Below, in pieces: positions 26,796 to 39,106 of a stretch of 64,000 bases of DNA. Numbering within the stretch: position 1 is the first letter of the stretch; the number at the start of each line of letters is the position of its first letter. The notes below the pieces were generated by a model. It saw only the letters and a program-made list of their open reading frames with translations. It searched no databases and was not told the origin of the DNA. Origin of the DNA: Octopus bimaculoides. Its lineage: Eukaryota. Both the position numbers and the translations under genes were made by a program. The DNA lies in the NCBI RefSeq assembly GCF_001194135.2, contig NC_068993.1, forward strand, positions 3,502,986 to 3,566,985, given 5' to 3'.

Positions 26796-28113
26796 TAGAT
26801 GTGATTGAGTGAAATCAGGATGAAGAAAGTATGGGTATGATTCTGGGAGGAAGATGGGGTAAAACAATTGGCGATGTTGACTTAACCCTATCCCACCAAG
26901 AGAAATATTGCTGGTAAAATCTTCACTAGTAAAACATACAGATCTTTTAGTTTTAAAAAAACAGGATACAACAATATTACAAATATAAACAAAGCATAGT
27001 TTTATACTTGGATGCAACACCTTTTAATTGTTGTAAGCTAACAATAAAAGTTGTAGGTGGTCTCTCAATGTGCAAGAAATAGCTGTGGAATATCTCATGA
27101 ACTACAACCTAATGTCTATAAAAAGAACATATTGGATAATGTCCAGGGTTCATAACACCTGAAAAGAAAACACTGGATTCTTGTAACTGGAATAACTTTG
27201 ATCATATGTGTACTCGATCAGGACTAGCATCTGGCTTATTCAAACAAGAACAACAAGAACAACATCAACATTATCATCAACAACAACAGCTAAACTGCTA
27301 ACCCTTGAATGCCAAAATTGTTAGGTTGGTTCCAAAAGACTGAAGTTTGGCAAACACAGAGCAGAATAAAATTTGCCTAAGTTCTAATCAGTCAATTGGT
27401 TACCGCTGTTGAAGATATCTGCTTGATTAGAGATGGCTGCAGTTTCTCGACAACAACAACAACAATGATACCAAGAATATTGATTACTATTAATTTCAGT
27501 ATGGCAGCAAAAATGACTAAGACACCAGAAAGCTCATAATAGCTACTTATTCATTCACATACAAAATCCTATTAATATTGTAGCCGTGTGGTTAACAAAT
27601 TGACTTCTCAGCAACATGGTTTCAGGTACATCCTTCAACATTGTATATTCAGCAAATGTTTTTCAAGGGAAATTTGGTGATCAGAAACTACATGGAATCT
27701 TGTAGAAGGGATAATTCTAGTCCTTGAGAGTTAGACTTATTCCATTGTTGGGTTCCACCCATCAATATACAGATTACTCTCTCAAATCTAATGCTTGTTT
27801 AGTCACATTGTTTGGAATTAACCATGTATTTTCTCATAAATTGAAAAATTTCAATGTGGTTGTTTACATTTATAATGAGAGAGTAAGGTAGCTGTGAGAG
27901 GTCAGATCTGACCAGTTTGAACCTAAAATGTGTGGGTAGAATATTTGGACCAGATATGGTGGTTTTAAATGCTAATGGATTGAAATGCTACGGACTGATC
28001 ATTTCGTGCTTTCTCCTAGAGTTACATAGATGTGATTGAGTGAAATCAGGATTAAGAATGTACAGGTGTGATTCTAGGAGGAAGACGGGGTAAAACAATT
28101 GGTGGTGTTGACT
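26796..28113 (+). repeat. Pair of 87-bp direct repeats (26796-26882 and 28027-28113)
   Basis: Manual alignment gives 9 mismatches in 87 bp with no gaps. Confidence 0.9.
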
Positions 28114-28279
28114 CAAAATTCCAGATATATTGGTTGCAAAAGAGTCAACAACATTTAGGGATGTTTAACTTACCCTAAGGAATTATATTTTTTCTCCACA
28201 GAGAGGATCTCTTCTTTGTGGTGAACATGTGAAATGGATTGCAGAGATAGTTATATTGAAGATTCAAAGTGGAACTAAA

Positions 28280-28452
28280 TGTGACAAGGCTGACCCTTTG
28301 AATTACAGGTACTTCTCATTTTTGCTATCTGAGTGGAGATGAACAGCATGAAATAAAATATGTTGCTCAAGGACAAAACGTGCCGCGGGGAACCGAACTC
28401 TCGACCTTACGATCGTGAGTTGAGTACCCTAACCACTGAGCCACGCGCCTCC
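28280..28452 (-). mobile_element. Family 3 SINE, CpG-retaining
   Basis: Homologous to 11570-11800 but keeps its CpGs (gccacgcgcc, acgatcgtg). Confidence 0.8.
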
Positions 28453-28773
28453 CCTGCTGACTCTTGAATACATCTGTTCGATATGTTGGTATAACTTATT
28501 CAGTCATGGTTTGTAGTTTTTAATAAACATAATTTCATTATTTGTCCGTATTTGATCCGTGTTTTGATTAGAACAAAGCTAAAAACGGGGGTAACTGGGA
28601 ACTCAGGTGAATTATTTGTTGCACATGAGTATAAATTTGTACTTGTTTGCATCTTTCTAATATTTGAATCAGATATTTTCTCTCTCTCACTCTCTGTCTC
28701 TCTCTTCATATATATAAACGTGTGTGTGTACGTTGACTGTGCATATGTAGATCTAAAAATATACGTGTATATA

Positions 28774-28870
<97 letters not shown>

Positions 28871-30039
28871 ATAAATATATACATATATATAAGTGTATTT
28901 GTGTGTGTGCTTGCCTCTGTGCGTATTTACATGTTATATCTGAAAAGAGAATACACAATGTAGAAGAAATATTGTGAACAAATATTTTGTTATGTATTTC
29001 GGATTATTTTACTGACTGTTTTTTTCTTTTCTTTCCTTTTTCAAATGAGTGATTGTAGAAGAAATCGTATAACAATTTATTATGATAAAGCATGAAATGA
29101 TTTATAATATAAAGATATTTAAAAGACATTTCCAGGATCTCATAGAATTTAATTTCATACTGAGTGCAAGTTGAAGACATGTTATATTGGAATATAACTG
29201 AAAGCTAAATGTAAAGTTTAATAACATAAAAATACACCAGAAGAGAACAAAATTATTTTTGCTTGATATAACAATAAATCAGATCAGAAATATATAATTT
29301 ACCTCATGGTGGTTTTACAAATAAAATTACACATGACAAAGTATATTGAGCAATTTTGTACTGCATGTGAAAAACAGAGACAAATTAATATTTACTACAT
29401 TCACAAAAGTAACATAATAGTGGGTCAGCATTTTTTATAAACCCCGATTTCAAATATATTTAATATAAAGGAATGCAACAGAAATGTAACACATAGTTTA
29501 CCCTTATAAAATTTACATGATTGAAAGAGCAGATGTTACTTGTTGATTTAGTGTCTGTTTGGGAGTCCTCCTTTTTTTGTGATGCTTTGTTTGTGTTAGA
29601 AGAACTCTGGCCTGCACATTTAACTGCCATTCTTCAGATAGTTGACAAGGAGCCCTTTTTCCCATATCATTTCCCCAGAACATAAAGATTTTTGATGATA
29701 TTAAATTAAGAAAGGATTCAAGCATATAATTACTTACATACGTATTATACTATCTGCTGAATCCCAGAAAATGTATGCCAAAATATTGCTTGTTTCTCAC
29801 ATGGGTTGTCACCAAATGATTCATTTTAAAATGTGAAACCCTCTCCTGCGTAAATTTATTAACATAAATTCATGAAACAATTTACAAGAGAAACTCTTGA
29901 AAACTTAAGTTACAGTTGAATTGACAATATGTTGAATAACATAACCCATACACCCTAATAATATAACTACACTGCAATTCATCTCGAAAATCCAACACGT
30001 GTAGGGTGTATGCGCCTTGTGATGAGAAAGCTATTGTAT

Positions 30040-30370
30040 CCTAAAACAAACGTCGTCGTTATACACAAATGCTATATATGTATAATTGAGAGCAAGTTCA
30101 AGCAAAGATGCCACACGAATCCGGCCATTACAACTACTGTCCCAGAAAGCACTTTCTCTTCATTCCTTCTACTTCCGCTTACTTTAGAAATGTTACCATA
30201 CGTGATTGTTGGCTATTTTACCCCCTCTTCTTCCTGGACTTTACTGCTTTTCCTGTTTCCGAAGAAGAGCTATCCTCGAAACGTAAAACTACCACTCTTT
30301 TCTTTCTCTCAGCGTCTTATTAATACCCTGTTTGTTACTTTTTTGTCTTTTTTCTCTGTGTCTTTTTGAA
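30040..30370 (+). mobile_element. Penelope-like element 3' remnant (possible GIY-YIG trace plus hammerhead-bearing terminal repeat)
   Basis: TNVVVIHKCYICIIESKFKQRCH loosely resembles the PLE GIY-YIG pattern NVVY..C..YIG.TE..FK.R..H. It is followed by a hammerhead-like motif and a pyrimidine-rich tail related to 54020-54190. Confidence 0.5.
30255..30289 (+). ncRNA. Degenerate minimal type I hammerhead ribozyme motif
   Basis: Stem I GTTT/AAAC, core CCGAAGA (U4 to C), extra A, stem II GAG-ctatc-CTC, then GAAAC-GTA. Confidence 0.55.
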
Positions 30371-30398
30371 CTGACTTTCTCTCCCCCCCTCTCTCTCT

Positions 30399-30435
<37 letters not shown>

Positions 30436-30984
30436 CTGAAATCTAAGGAAAAAACCAGATGAGAAAGAGGAGATAGTCAGATACATTGTAATGAAGGTGA
30501 ACACGTACATGTTACAGTGACGTTAACAGACTGTGCAGAGAAGTAATAGTCTGAGGAAGCGGGTGTATTTGTGTGTCTCGTTGCACATTTGTGCACGCAA
30601 TTATGCGTAAATGGGCGTGAGATTAATGGTGAAGTTTTGCTATCGTTGAGAGAAATAAACAATACAAGCGCAGAGTACAGTTGTCAAGGTTGGTAGTGAT
30701 TTCGCGGGGCGGGGAGACAGTTTGTGTATATGTGTGTGTATAGATGTGAAGGTGGGTGTACGTTCTCGTAAGGTTTTGTTTATGTGTACAAAGTCGAATC
30801 TAAGTCTAAGTTAATATGTGTGTATTTGTTTTTATACGTGGGCAGAAAGTAGACATGTGTGGCTATGTATGTCTGAGCGAGAGGCTGTAAGATGGCATGT
30901 GTGTATTGATGTGCTGGTGTACATAGTGGAGTTAAGGGGATAAGAAGGTGAAAGAGATGAAGACCTGGAAATATAGAAATAAAT

Positions 30985-31436
30985 ATTGTTTCTAAAATTT
31001 GGCAAAATGCCAGCAATTTTGACGGAAAGAAGTACATCGACCCCAGTGCTCAACTGGTACTTGTTTCATCGACCCCGAAAGAATGAAAGGCGAAGTCAAC
31101 TACGGTGGGATTTGAACTCAAAGCATAAAAAGCGGGAAATATAGAATTAAATAATCCTCTCTACTATCGGCAGAAAGCCAGGAAATTGGTGGGAGGGAGT
31201 TAGTCGATTTCCTCGATCCCGTAAGAAGGAAAGGCAATGTAGACTTCGGCGGAAATTGAACTCAGAATGTAAATAGCACAGGAGTGGCTGTGTGGTAAGT
31301 AGCTTGCTTACCAACCACATGACTCAGGGTTCAGTCCCACTGCGTGGCACATTGGGCAAATGTCTTCTACTATAGCCTCGGGCCGACCAAAGCCTTGTGA
31401 GTGGATTTGGTAGACGGAAACTGAAAGAAGCCCGTC

Positions 31437-31472
<36 letters not shown>

Positions 31473-31960
31473 ATATATATATATATAATGTGTGTGTGTC
31501 TGTGTTTGTTCCCACCACCGTCGCTTGACAACCGATGTTGGTGTGTTCACGTCCCCGTCTTTTAGCAATTTGTCAAAAAGAGACCGATAAAATAAGTACT
31601 AGGCTTATAAAGAATAAGTCCCGGGGTCGATTTGTTCGACTAAATGCGGTGCTCTAGCATGACCGCAGCCGGACGACCGAAACAAGTAAAAGAGTACAAG
31701 AGTAAAGAGCAGGAAATATAGAGTTAAATAATGGCTTCAAATTTTGGCACAAGGCCCGCAAAATTGGAAGAAGGACAAGTCGATAACTTCGAGTCCGGTC
31801 TCAACTGGTATTTATTTCATCGACCCCAAAAGAATGAAATGCAAAGTCGACGTGTGCGGGATTTGAACTCGGAACGTAAACAGCAGGCAATATAGAACTA
31901 AATAATGACAAGATATTTAATACGGTGCTGCACTATTTCAACCACTGCTCCACCTTAATA
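30985..31960. mobile_element. SINE cluster: family 1 (-) at about 30985-31135, 31170-31275 and 31732-31955; near full-length family 2 (+) at 31277-31700
   Basis: Recurrent cores gaatttgaactc and gggttcagtcccactgcgtggcacattgggcaa; family 2 has an internal (TA)n(TG)n and the tail cgcttgacaaccgatgttggtgtg. Confidence 0.85.
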
Positions 31961-32405
31961 CAAGCGCAGTAATGACTAGATTATCATCCATACCAGATGC
32001 TACATATGTATTATATATATGTCTTTTAAAACAGAGTCCCATTGGAAGTGATACTTTATATGCAACAATGATCTAATTTGTTACAAACATTTTTATATCA
32101 GGGGAATGCGCAAAATTTGACTTCTCTAATTGTCCATGAAACAAACATTTCCGAACAGTTGCCTTGCCTCGTTGAATTCCCAGGAGCGACAACAAGTAAA
32201 TGACTCCATTAATTCATTAAGGTGTATCTGTTGGCTCCCTAAAGAGAATTTTATGAGGAAGTCATAAGCCATTTCGATAATATTTTGAATTTATTTAATA
32301 ACCTAAAAAGCTTTTTACTTAGCAGAACAACGAAAGCGGGGCGGGGATGGTGTCAAAGAGACGAGATAAGCACACACGCACACACACGCACACACACACA
32401 CACAC

Positions 32406-32447
<42 letters not shown>

Positions 32448-32981
32448 NNNNNNNNNNNNNNNNNNNNNNNNNNNNNNNNNNNNNNNNNNNNNNNNNNNNN
32501 NNNNNNNNNNNNNNNNNNNNNNNNNNNNNNNNNNNNNNNNNNNNNNNNNNNNNNNNNNNNNNNNNNNNNNNNNNNNNNNNNNNNNNNNNNNNNNNNNNNN
32601 NNNNNNNNNNNNNNNNNNNNNNNNNNNNNNNNNNNNNNNNNNNNNNNNNNNNNNNNNNNNNNNNNNNNNNNNNNNNNNNNNNNNNNNNNNNNNNNNNNNN
32701 NNNNNNNNNNNNNNNNNNNNNNNNNNNNNNNNNNNNNNNNNNNNNNNNNNNNNNNNNNNNNNNNNNNNNNNNNNNNNNNNNNNNNNNNNNNNNNNNNNNN
32801 NNNNNNNNNNNNNNNNNNNNNNNNNNNNNNNNNNNNNNNNNNNNNNNNNNNNNNNNNNNNNNNNNNNNNNNNNNNNNNNNNNNNNNNNNNNNNNNNNNNN
32901 NNNNNNNNNNNNNNNNNNNNNNNNNNNNNNNNNNNNNNNNNNNNNNNNNNNNNNNNNNNNNNNNNNNNNNNNNNNNNNNNN

Positions 32982-33012
<31 letters not shown>

Positions 33013-33697
33013 ACACTCTTTCTTCCTCTTGGAAATCCTTGATGCAAAACAATTTGCTATTCAATATCCCTATGGGTAAACAATCTTTGAATGTTTGTAC
33101 ATCTTAAACAAATTATCAAAGCTCTAATCGTCAAACAATAATCCAATCAATACAAGCTATGTAAATTTACCAGACACATCTAAACATTTACTTGTGTAAA
33201 ACGGATATCAACTACATGTGTGTGCAGAATATGCTATGGTTTAGATGTATAATGCATAACATATGTAATAGTGTATCGGGTTCCACTAGCCGATCGTGCT
33301 GGCTAAGAAATTCTTTAAAAGACAAGTAAGGTAATAACATTGTTGTAAAGATTCTGGTATTTAGAAAAAAATATATATTATCGATGTAAAGAGATTTTTC
33401 GAAAGAATGAAAATAATATAAAGAATAAACAAGCTAGTAGCAATATTTCTAAAATTTCAAAAATAATGATTTGTTGTTCTGTAATCAGTATACATATTTG
33501 TAAGGATAGAACATAGTGGAACAGACCTCAAAGTATTACTGGTATCTAGTTTATTAATACTGTATAAGTGAGAGATATAATTCAATCTCGGTGGATCTGA
33601 TTTTTAAGACTGTGAACAAGGAAGTCGAATATTTCTAATTATTAATTATAAGTGATGGAAGCAGTAATGAATACCAAAATTTAGTGTTTCTATTGAA

Positions 33698-33938
33698 CTT
33701 AACATGAATACTTTGTTGGAACACTGAATCTTGCATTATTAGCCTTGAGTGATCCTCTCATAAAGGCGTTTGATGGATTAAATCACAAACATAGATCGTA
33801 GCAGGGGGCGACCATGACAAAGTACTTTCATCTACTACGATCTATCTGTGTGATTTTATGCACAAAGTGCCTTTATGAGGGGATCTCTCAAGGCTGATAG
33901 TGTAGGATTCAGTATTCTAACAAGGCAGTCATGTTAAG
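33698..33938. mobile_element. ~241-bp imperfect palindrome (MITE/foldback)
   Basis: cttaacatgaatactttgttggaacactgaatcttgcattattagccttgagtgatcctctcataaaggc pairs with gcctttatgaggggatctctcaaggctgatagtgtaggattcagtattctaacaaggcagtcatgttaag. Inner aatcacaaacatagatcgtag pairs with ctacgatctatctgtgtgatt. Confidence 0.85.
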
Positions 33939-34958
33939 CTGGATAAAAATATTGCTAATTCTTTGATATAACTATAGAGAATACTGCATATTGTTTTCAT
34001 TTTTCATAAGGAAGTCTGGGCAGGTCTAACGCCTATGTCTTGTGCCGACTCTGCTTCAGTTCAGTTTAGTTATTTCTCTTCTCTTGAGCTCGTCGGGCAA
34101 CAATTTGACGCAATCGGTTTTTGTTGACTGTAGTTTTTTCTGCATCTCTCCAAATGATATAACTCTCTGTCACATCTAATATGAATGTTCTGTGCTATTT
34201 AGTTTAGTTTCTTCCCTTTTTCCCATTCAGTGGTGTCTATTTGAAATCTATTTTAACAATAGCGTTGTTCTGGTAACCAGAATATATGACCCTCTATAAT
34301 TAATGTTCGTTCTGCGATGATTTTGTTAAGTAGTCTTGTGACATCTCTCTTTAGAATGCTTTTATTGGTAATGTGGATTGCTTGCGCATAGTAGTTAGTG
34401 TGGTTGTGATGTTGGTGTTGTTGGTGGTAATAGTAGTGTTGCTGTAGCTGTTGCTGAAGATGTTAGAGATGTGTTTGTGTGTATGTGTTGTGTATGTATG
34501 TGCGTGCGTGTGTAGAATTAAGTAAAATACAATGTTAGTATGGCGAGTACACGTTGGCACATTTATAACACTAACAGTAACAGCAAGTTAGCTGTCTGCA
34601 TTAGAGGTTCAGACATTGTTGAAGTCACCTTTGCCTTTCAACCCTAGGTTATCAACCAATAAATTATCCATGTGTTAATAGTATTGCATATTATTCTCTC
34701 ACTTTTGTCTCTCTCGCCTGTATAAAGGAATTGGTTGTGCTCAGACACACTAAAAAATGTGTTCCATCTGGCTATAAAAATAACCATGATACTCCACATA
34801 TCGCTGTCGCGATATATGGAGTATCATGTTTGTTTCAGAGGTCGAAGGCTGAAGGTGTGAAGAAAGAAAGGAAGGAATAGCAACAGGACAGTTTGATGCA
34901 GAACCAGACGACGATTTAAACTCTTATAACGGAAATATCATTTGTTTAAGTAAAGTAA

Positions 34959-35001
<43 letters not shown>

Positions 35002-35011
35002 NNNNNNNNNN

Positions 35012-35063
<52 letters not shown>

Positions 35064-36121
35064 TGGTGAAGAATAATAAAACATGTAAAATATATGAAAT
35101 ACAACCGTAGTTCATTATCAGAATAGACGCCCATGAAGTAAATATGTATCTATGTACACATCTATGTGGATAAAAATACAGAAACAAAACATGCATATGT
35201 TTATAGGCAAAAGCATAGATATTGTGTTGCTATAAAATCTGCATGTGTGTTGGTGTGCAAATCTGAGTGCATGTGTTGGTGTTGGCAATATAAAATTATC
35301 AGCTTCTCATAAAATACTAATGTTTGTAGGTTGAGTTTTGTGCAAATTTATCGATCTACTTTTGTATTGTTTGTTTAATATTTCTTTTTGTCTTTTTGTT
35401 ATCCCGGGTACAAAGGCAAACAAACGATAAGGAAAATATATCAATAACTTATAACTTGATCATACTAACAATGTTACCACTAGTTAAAAATCTATTATAT
35501 TTTGCACTTGGAAAAGAGAATTTCTGGTTAATTTCCTATGAAATAATTATTACTTTCCATTATTCAAGGTATATACAGTAAATTATTGTTAATCAATAAC
35601 TATTTAGTGGTTACTTATGGAAAATAGATAAGTAGATATATTAAAAGGAACTGCTATTAATTTCATACTGCTATTTATTTAACATAACTTTCCAGCTTCA
35701 TAACTTGTACTCGTCATAGCAGTCAAGACAGGAAATGAAATCTATCATTTTCTGTTGCTATGGAAACATTTGTTATGAGTTTCTATGTGCCGAATATTAA
35801 CCTAATGTTGTTAAAACGGCGTAAACAATTATAATTTGTTCTCAGCGATGTGGTCGCCTTTTCAAGTGAGGACTTTGTTGGCTCACCCTAAAGTTGGTTC
35901 ATCTAATCTCCTCAGTAGTTAACAAATAGAAGACCAGTAATTTGGTATATGCCGCTGTTCTGTTGCATGCTGGGAGATATTGATAATATGTAACAATGTT
36001 TATAATCCTATTATTCACTCATTCAATTCAAGCCATGGAAAGAGACAAGGATGCCTTACACACATGTATATATATATGCATATGTTCGTGTATATATGTA
36101 TATATATATATATGTACATGC

Positions 36122-36154
<33 letters not shown>

Positions 36155-37589
36155 TGTATGTATGTATGTATGTATGTGCATGTGTATGTGTGTGTGTATG
36201 CATACATATATATATATATGCATATGTTCGTGTATATATGTATATATATATGCGTGTGTGTGTGTTGTAAAAGAGAGAGAAAGAGAGAGAGAGTGTGTGA
36301 AAGAGAGTGAGAGGGAGAGAAGTGGATGAAAGATTGTGCAAGGGAGGAGTGAGTATGTAAACTTAGTGAACCATAATATATTTTTAAGTATGGGAGGTCA
36401 GAAGAGAGATACTGAAAAACTAGATGTAGATGTTGCACGGTTAGAACAATGCCATACTGCATTTCTACATGTTGATGGTGCATAAAAGCCAGAAGCAGAA
36501 TATTCTACAACAATATAACAAGGCTGAGTTAGGAAGAAGAAGAAGAAGCAAAAACCAGTGTCTTTCTTTTCTTTCAGTTTTCTATTGAATAATATAACAA
36601 ATAAATAAAGCTACCAAATAAAAGGAATAGATAAGTTGATCTAAAACGGATTAACACAGAACTCTGCATTAAATCTCTAAGTAACATACATCAAAATACA
36701 TGCATCAGATCACAAAGTGGAGTGTAAATATGCCTACTAGTCTGTAAAGTGTTAGATTGAAAGAGCTGGAAATATTAAAGCAGATATCAATCAAACAATC
36801 TCTATCGTTGCACGAGAATGTCAGTTGGCCAAGTTGATCGGGTGATAACCTTCTTGAAGGGTTGATTGTTCATAGTACAGCGGAAAGATGGTAAAGTGCA
36901 TTAGCTTGGCAATAGTCCATACTGCTTACCTGTAAACACACAGAAATGTTGTAGGCAGTAAGGATCTGTGTAATCGATGGACACATTGTTAGCTTATGGC
37001 TCTGAGTTCAAATCTTTATTAAACCTAAAGAAGGCGATGATTATCTACATCTGTATAGTCTTCCCACAATCACGGCATAAAAATACTTTTAGTATCGAAC
37101 CGAAAATTCTATGTGTTATCGAACTTAATTTACCCCATTCGGCAAGGAATATCATCTCTATTTCATAGACTGCTGCAGTATTATTTTCATGGGACAAACC
37201 AGTGATTATGTTTGTAGAATCGCATTGAAATCAAATCGCAGACTAAAGATTAATTCGTTTCAAATTATTTTACGGATGGAAGAATTGAACTTGGCACTGG
37301 AAGCTAATGGTTCAGATGTCATGAATTCCACAACTTTGAGATTGTTTGAAGGAGTGTATCATCCACGACATAATATCGGTCTAGAATTATATCTAGCTGG
37401 CCAATCAAAATTGTGTACTGATCATGGAGACATACACCACAAAATGCATTGCGTATTAATCAAGATTCTTACAACTCAGCCGCATACGATAACCACATGG
37501 AAAGTCTCGTCATTGAAAATTAACATTATAAGATATTTCCATGAAAGAAAATAGAGATATCAAGGAAATTTATAGTCAAGTCGAGTAGT

Positions 37590-37765
37590 TAAAGAGTAGT
37601 TAAGTCGATTATATCGACCCCAGTACTCAACTGGTACTTTTTTATCGGCCCAGAAAGGATGAAAAGCAAATTGTTTCCCCTGCGAAATTTGAAATCAGAA
37701 CTTAATACCGGACGAAATACCGCTGAACATCGCTCGGCGCGCCAACGATTCTGCAAGTTCACCGC
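37590..37765 (-). mobile_element. Family 1 SINE, diverged but CpG-retaining
   Basis: Colinear with 60605-60820. Confidence 0.8.
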
Positions 37766-39059
37766 CCAAAAGATTGCAGTAGTATTTCACATTTTTTGCG
37801 AAGCCTTATCCTACCCAGTATCCAGTCTTATGATGGTAGTCCCATTATCATATTTATTTAATTGCACATGGTTCTATTATATAGCAATCATTATAAAATT
37901 GATATCATTCTAATAACGAAATTCGAAGTTCCATTTAATTCAGTGAAGCATACAGAAATTGATGCCAAAAAAGCCAAAGTAGATAGCTTTCTGAGTTGCA
38001 CTCTGTGGGTAGTTTATTGGCTATTAGGCAAAACAGTTGATGGCTATATGTCTAACTCATGCCAGCATGGTAGAAATAATTGCGCGATATAAAGTGGTAA
38101 ATGTAAATCAAAGGAAAACAGACAACATTCACCTGGTAAGTCATTGCGAAAGTACAACTGGATATACGATTGTGTGTTTGTGACTGTGTGTACATTTATT
38201 TACTTACACAAATATATATGTAAGTATACGTATATATTTATTATGTATATGCGCACATTTGTATATATGTGAAAATATTTGCATCCATATGTGTCGTGTA
38301 CGAATATTGACTTTGCAGTTTAATTGATTTAGCAATTAGTAAGTTTTATTAATTCATTATGACAGCAAATTAATCAAGTGGAGAAACTTCAAAACGAAAA
38401 CCCGGAGAGCTTCTTAATAATTTCGTCTAGACAATGCGAGGCATCAAAGACAGCTGCTAAACTATCCGCAGCAGAGAAGCAAAAATAAAATAAAACAAAA
38501 CAAAAATCAGATGAAGAGGAAATACACAAACAAAATAAAGGAAACAAAGAAAATCAAAAAAAAGGAAACAGTAAAAACAATTATATAATAATATAAACCG
38601 TACAAATCGTGATAATGATGGTGCGTATGATATTTGAGAAAAATTACAAACATAACACAAAGAATAAAAGAATACAAAAAGAAAAGCTATCGGTGTTATA
38701 ACTGTTGTTTGTTTTATATGTAGAATTAAATACATTCATGAATTCGTTTCTGATGTAAACTAATCCACTAATTTTTTAATGACAATTTCGAAAATTGTTT
38801 GACGACTTTATGAAACACTTGCAAACTAACTTTATTTCAAGTAAGTTGTTTGATTTGTGTCATATTCCTCACAAGTTAATGACTTAAAGAGATTTAGAAC
38901 GAATGCAGTCATGCTTAAAATATACGTAAACATAACATATACAATTACACACACATACTTAAGAATAACTCAAAGAAACGGTGAAGCTAAGGTTGTATAT
39001 ACGTACAAATATACAGGAATACTACATATGTACATATGTAATATATATATATATATTTA

Positions 39060-39106
<47 letters not shown>

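Noticed and set aside
28500-28660. NNSPEFP on the minus strand, resembling a cadherin DxNDNxPxF motif
   Set aside because: The acidic residues and the rest of the cadherin repeat are missing, and the frame runs into microsatellite.
32338-32346. GC-box GGGGCGGGG
   Set aside because: An isolated 9-mer beside a microsatellite and gap, with no other promoter evidence.
37279-37302. CTTGGCACTGG resembling the miR-96/182/263 5' end
   Set aside because: No complementary star arm nearby, so no precursor hairpin.
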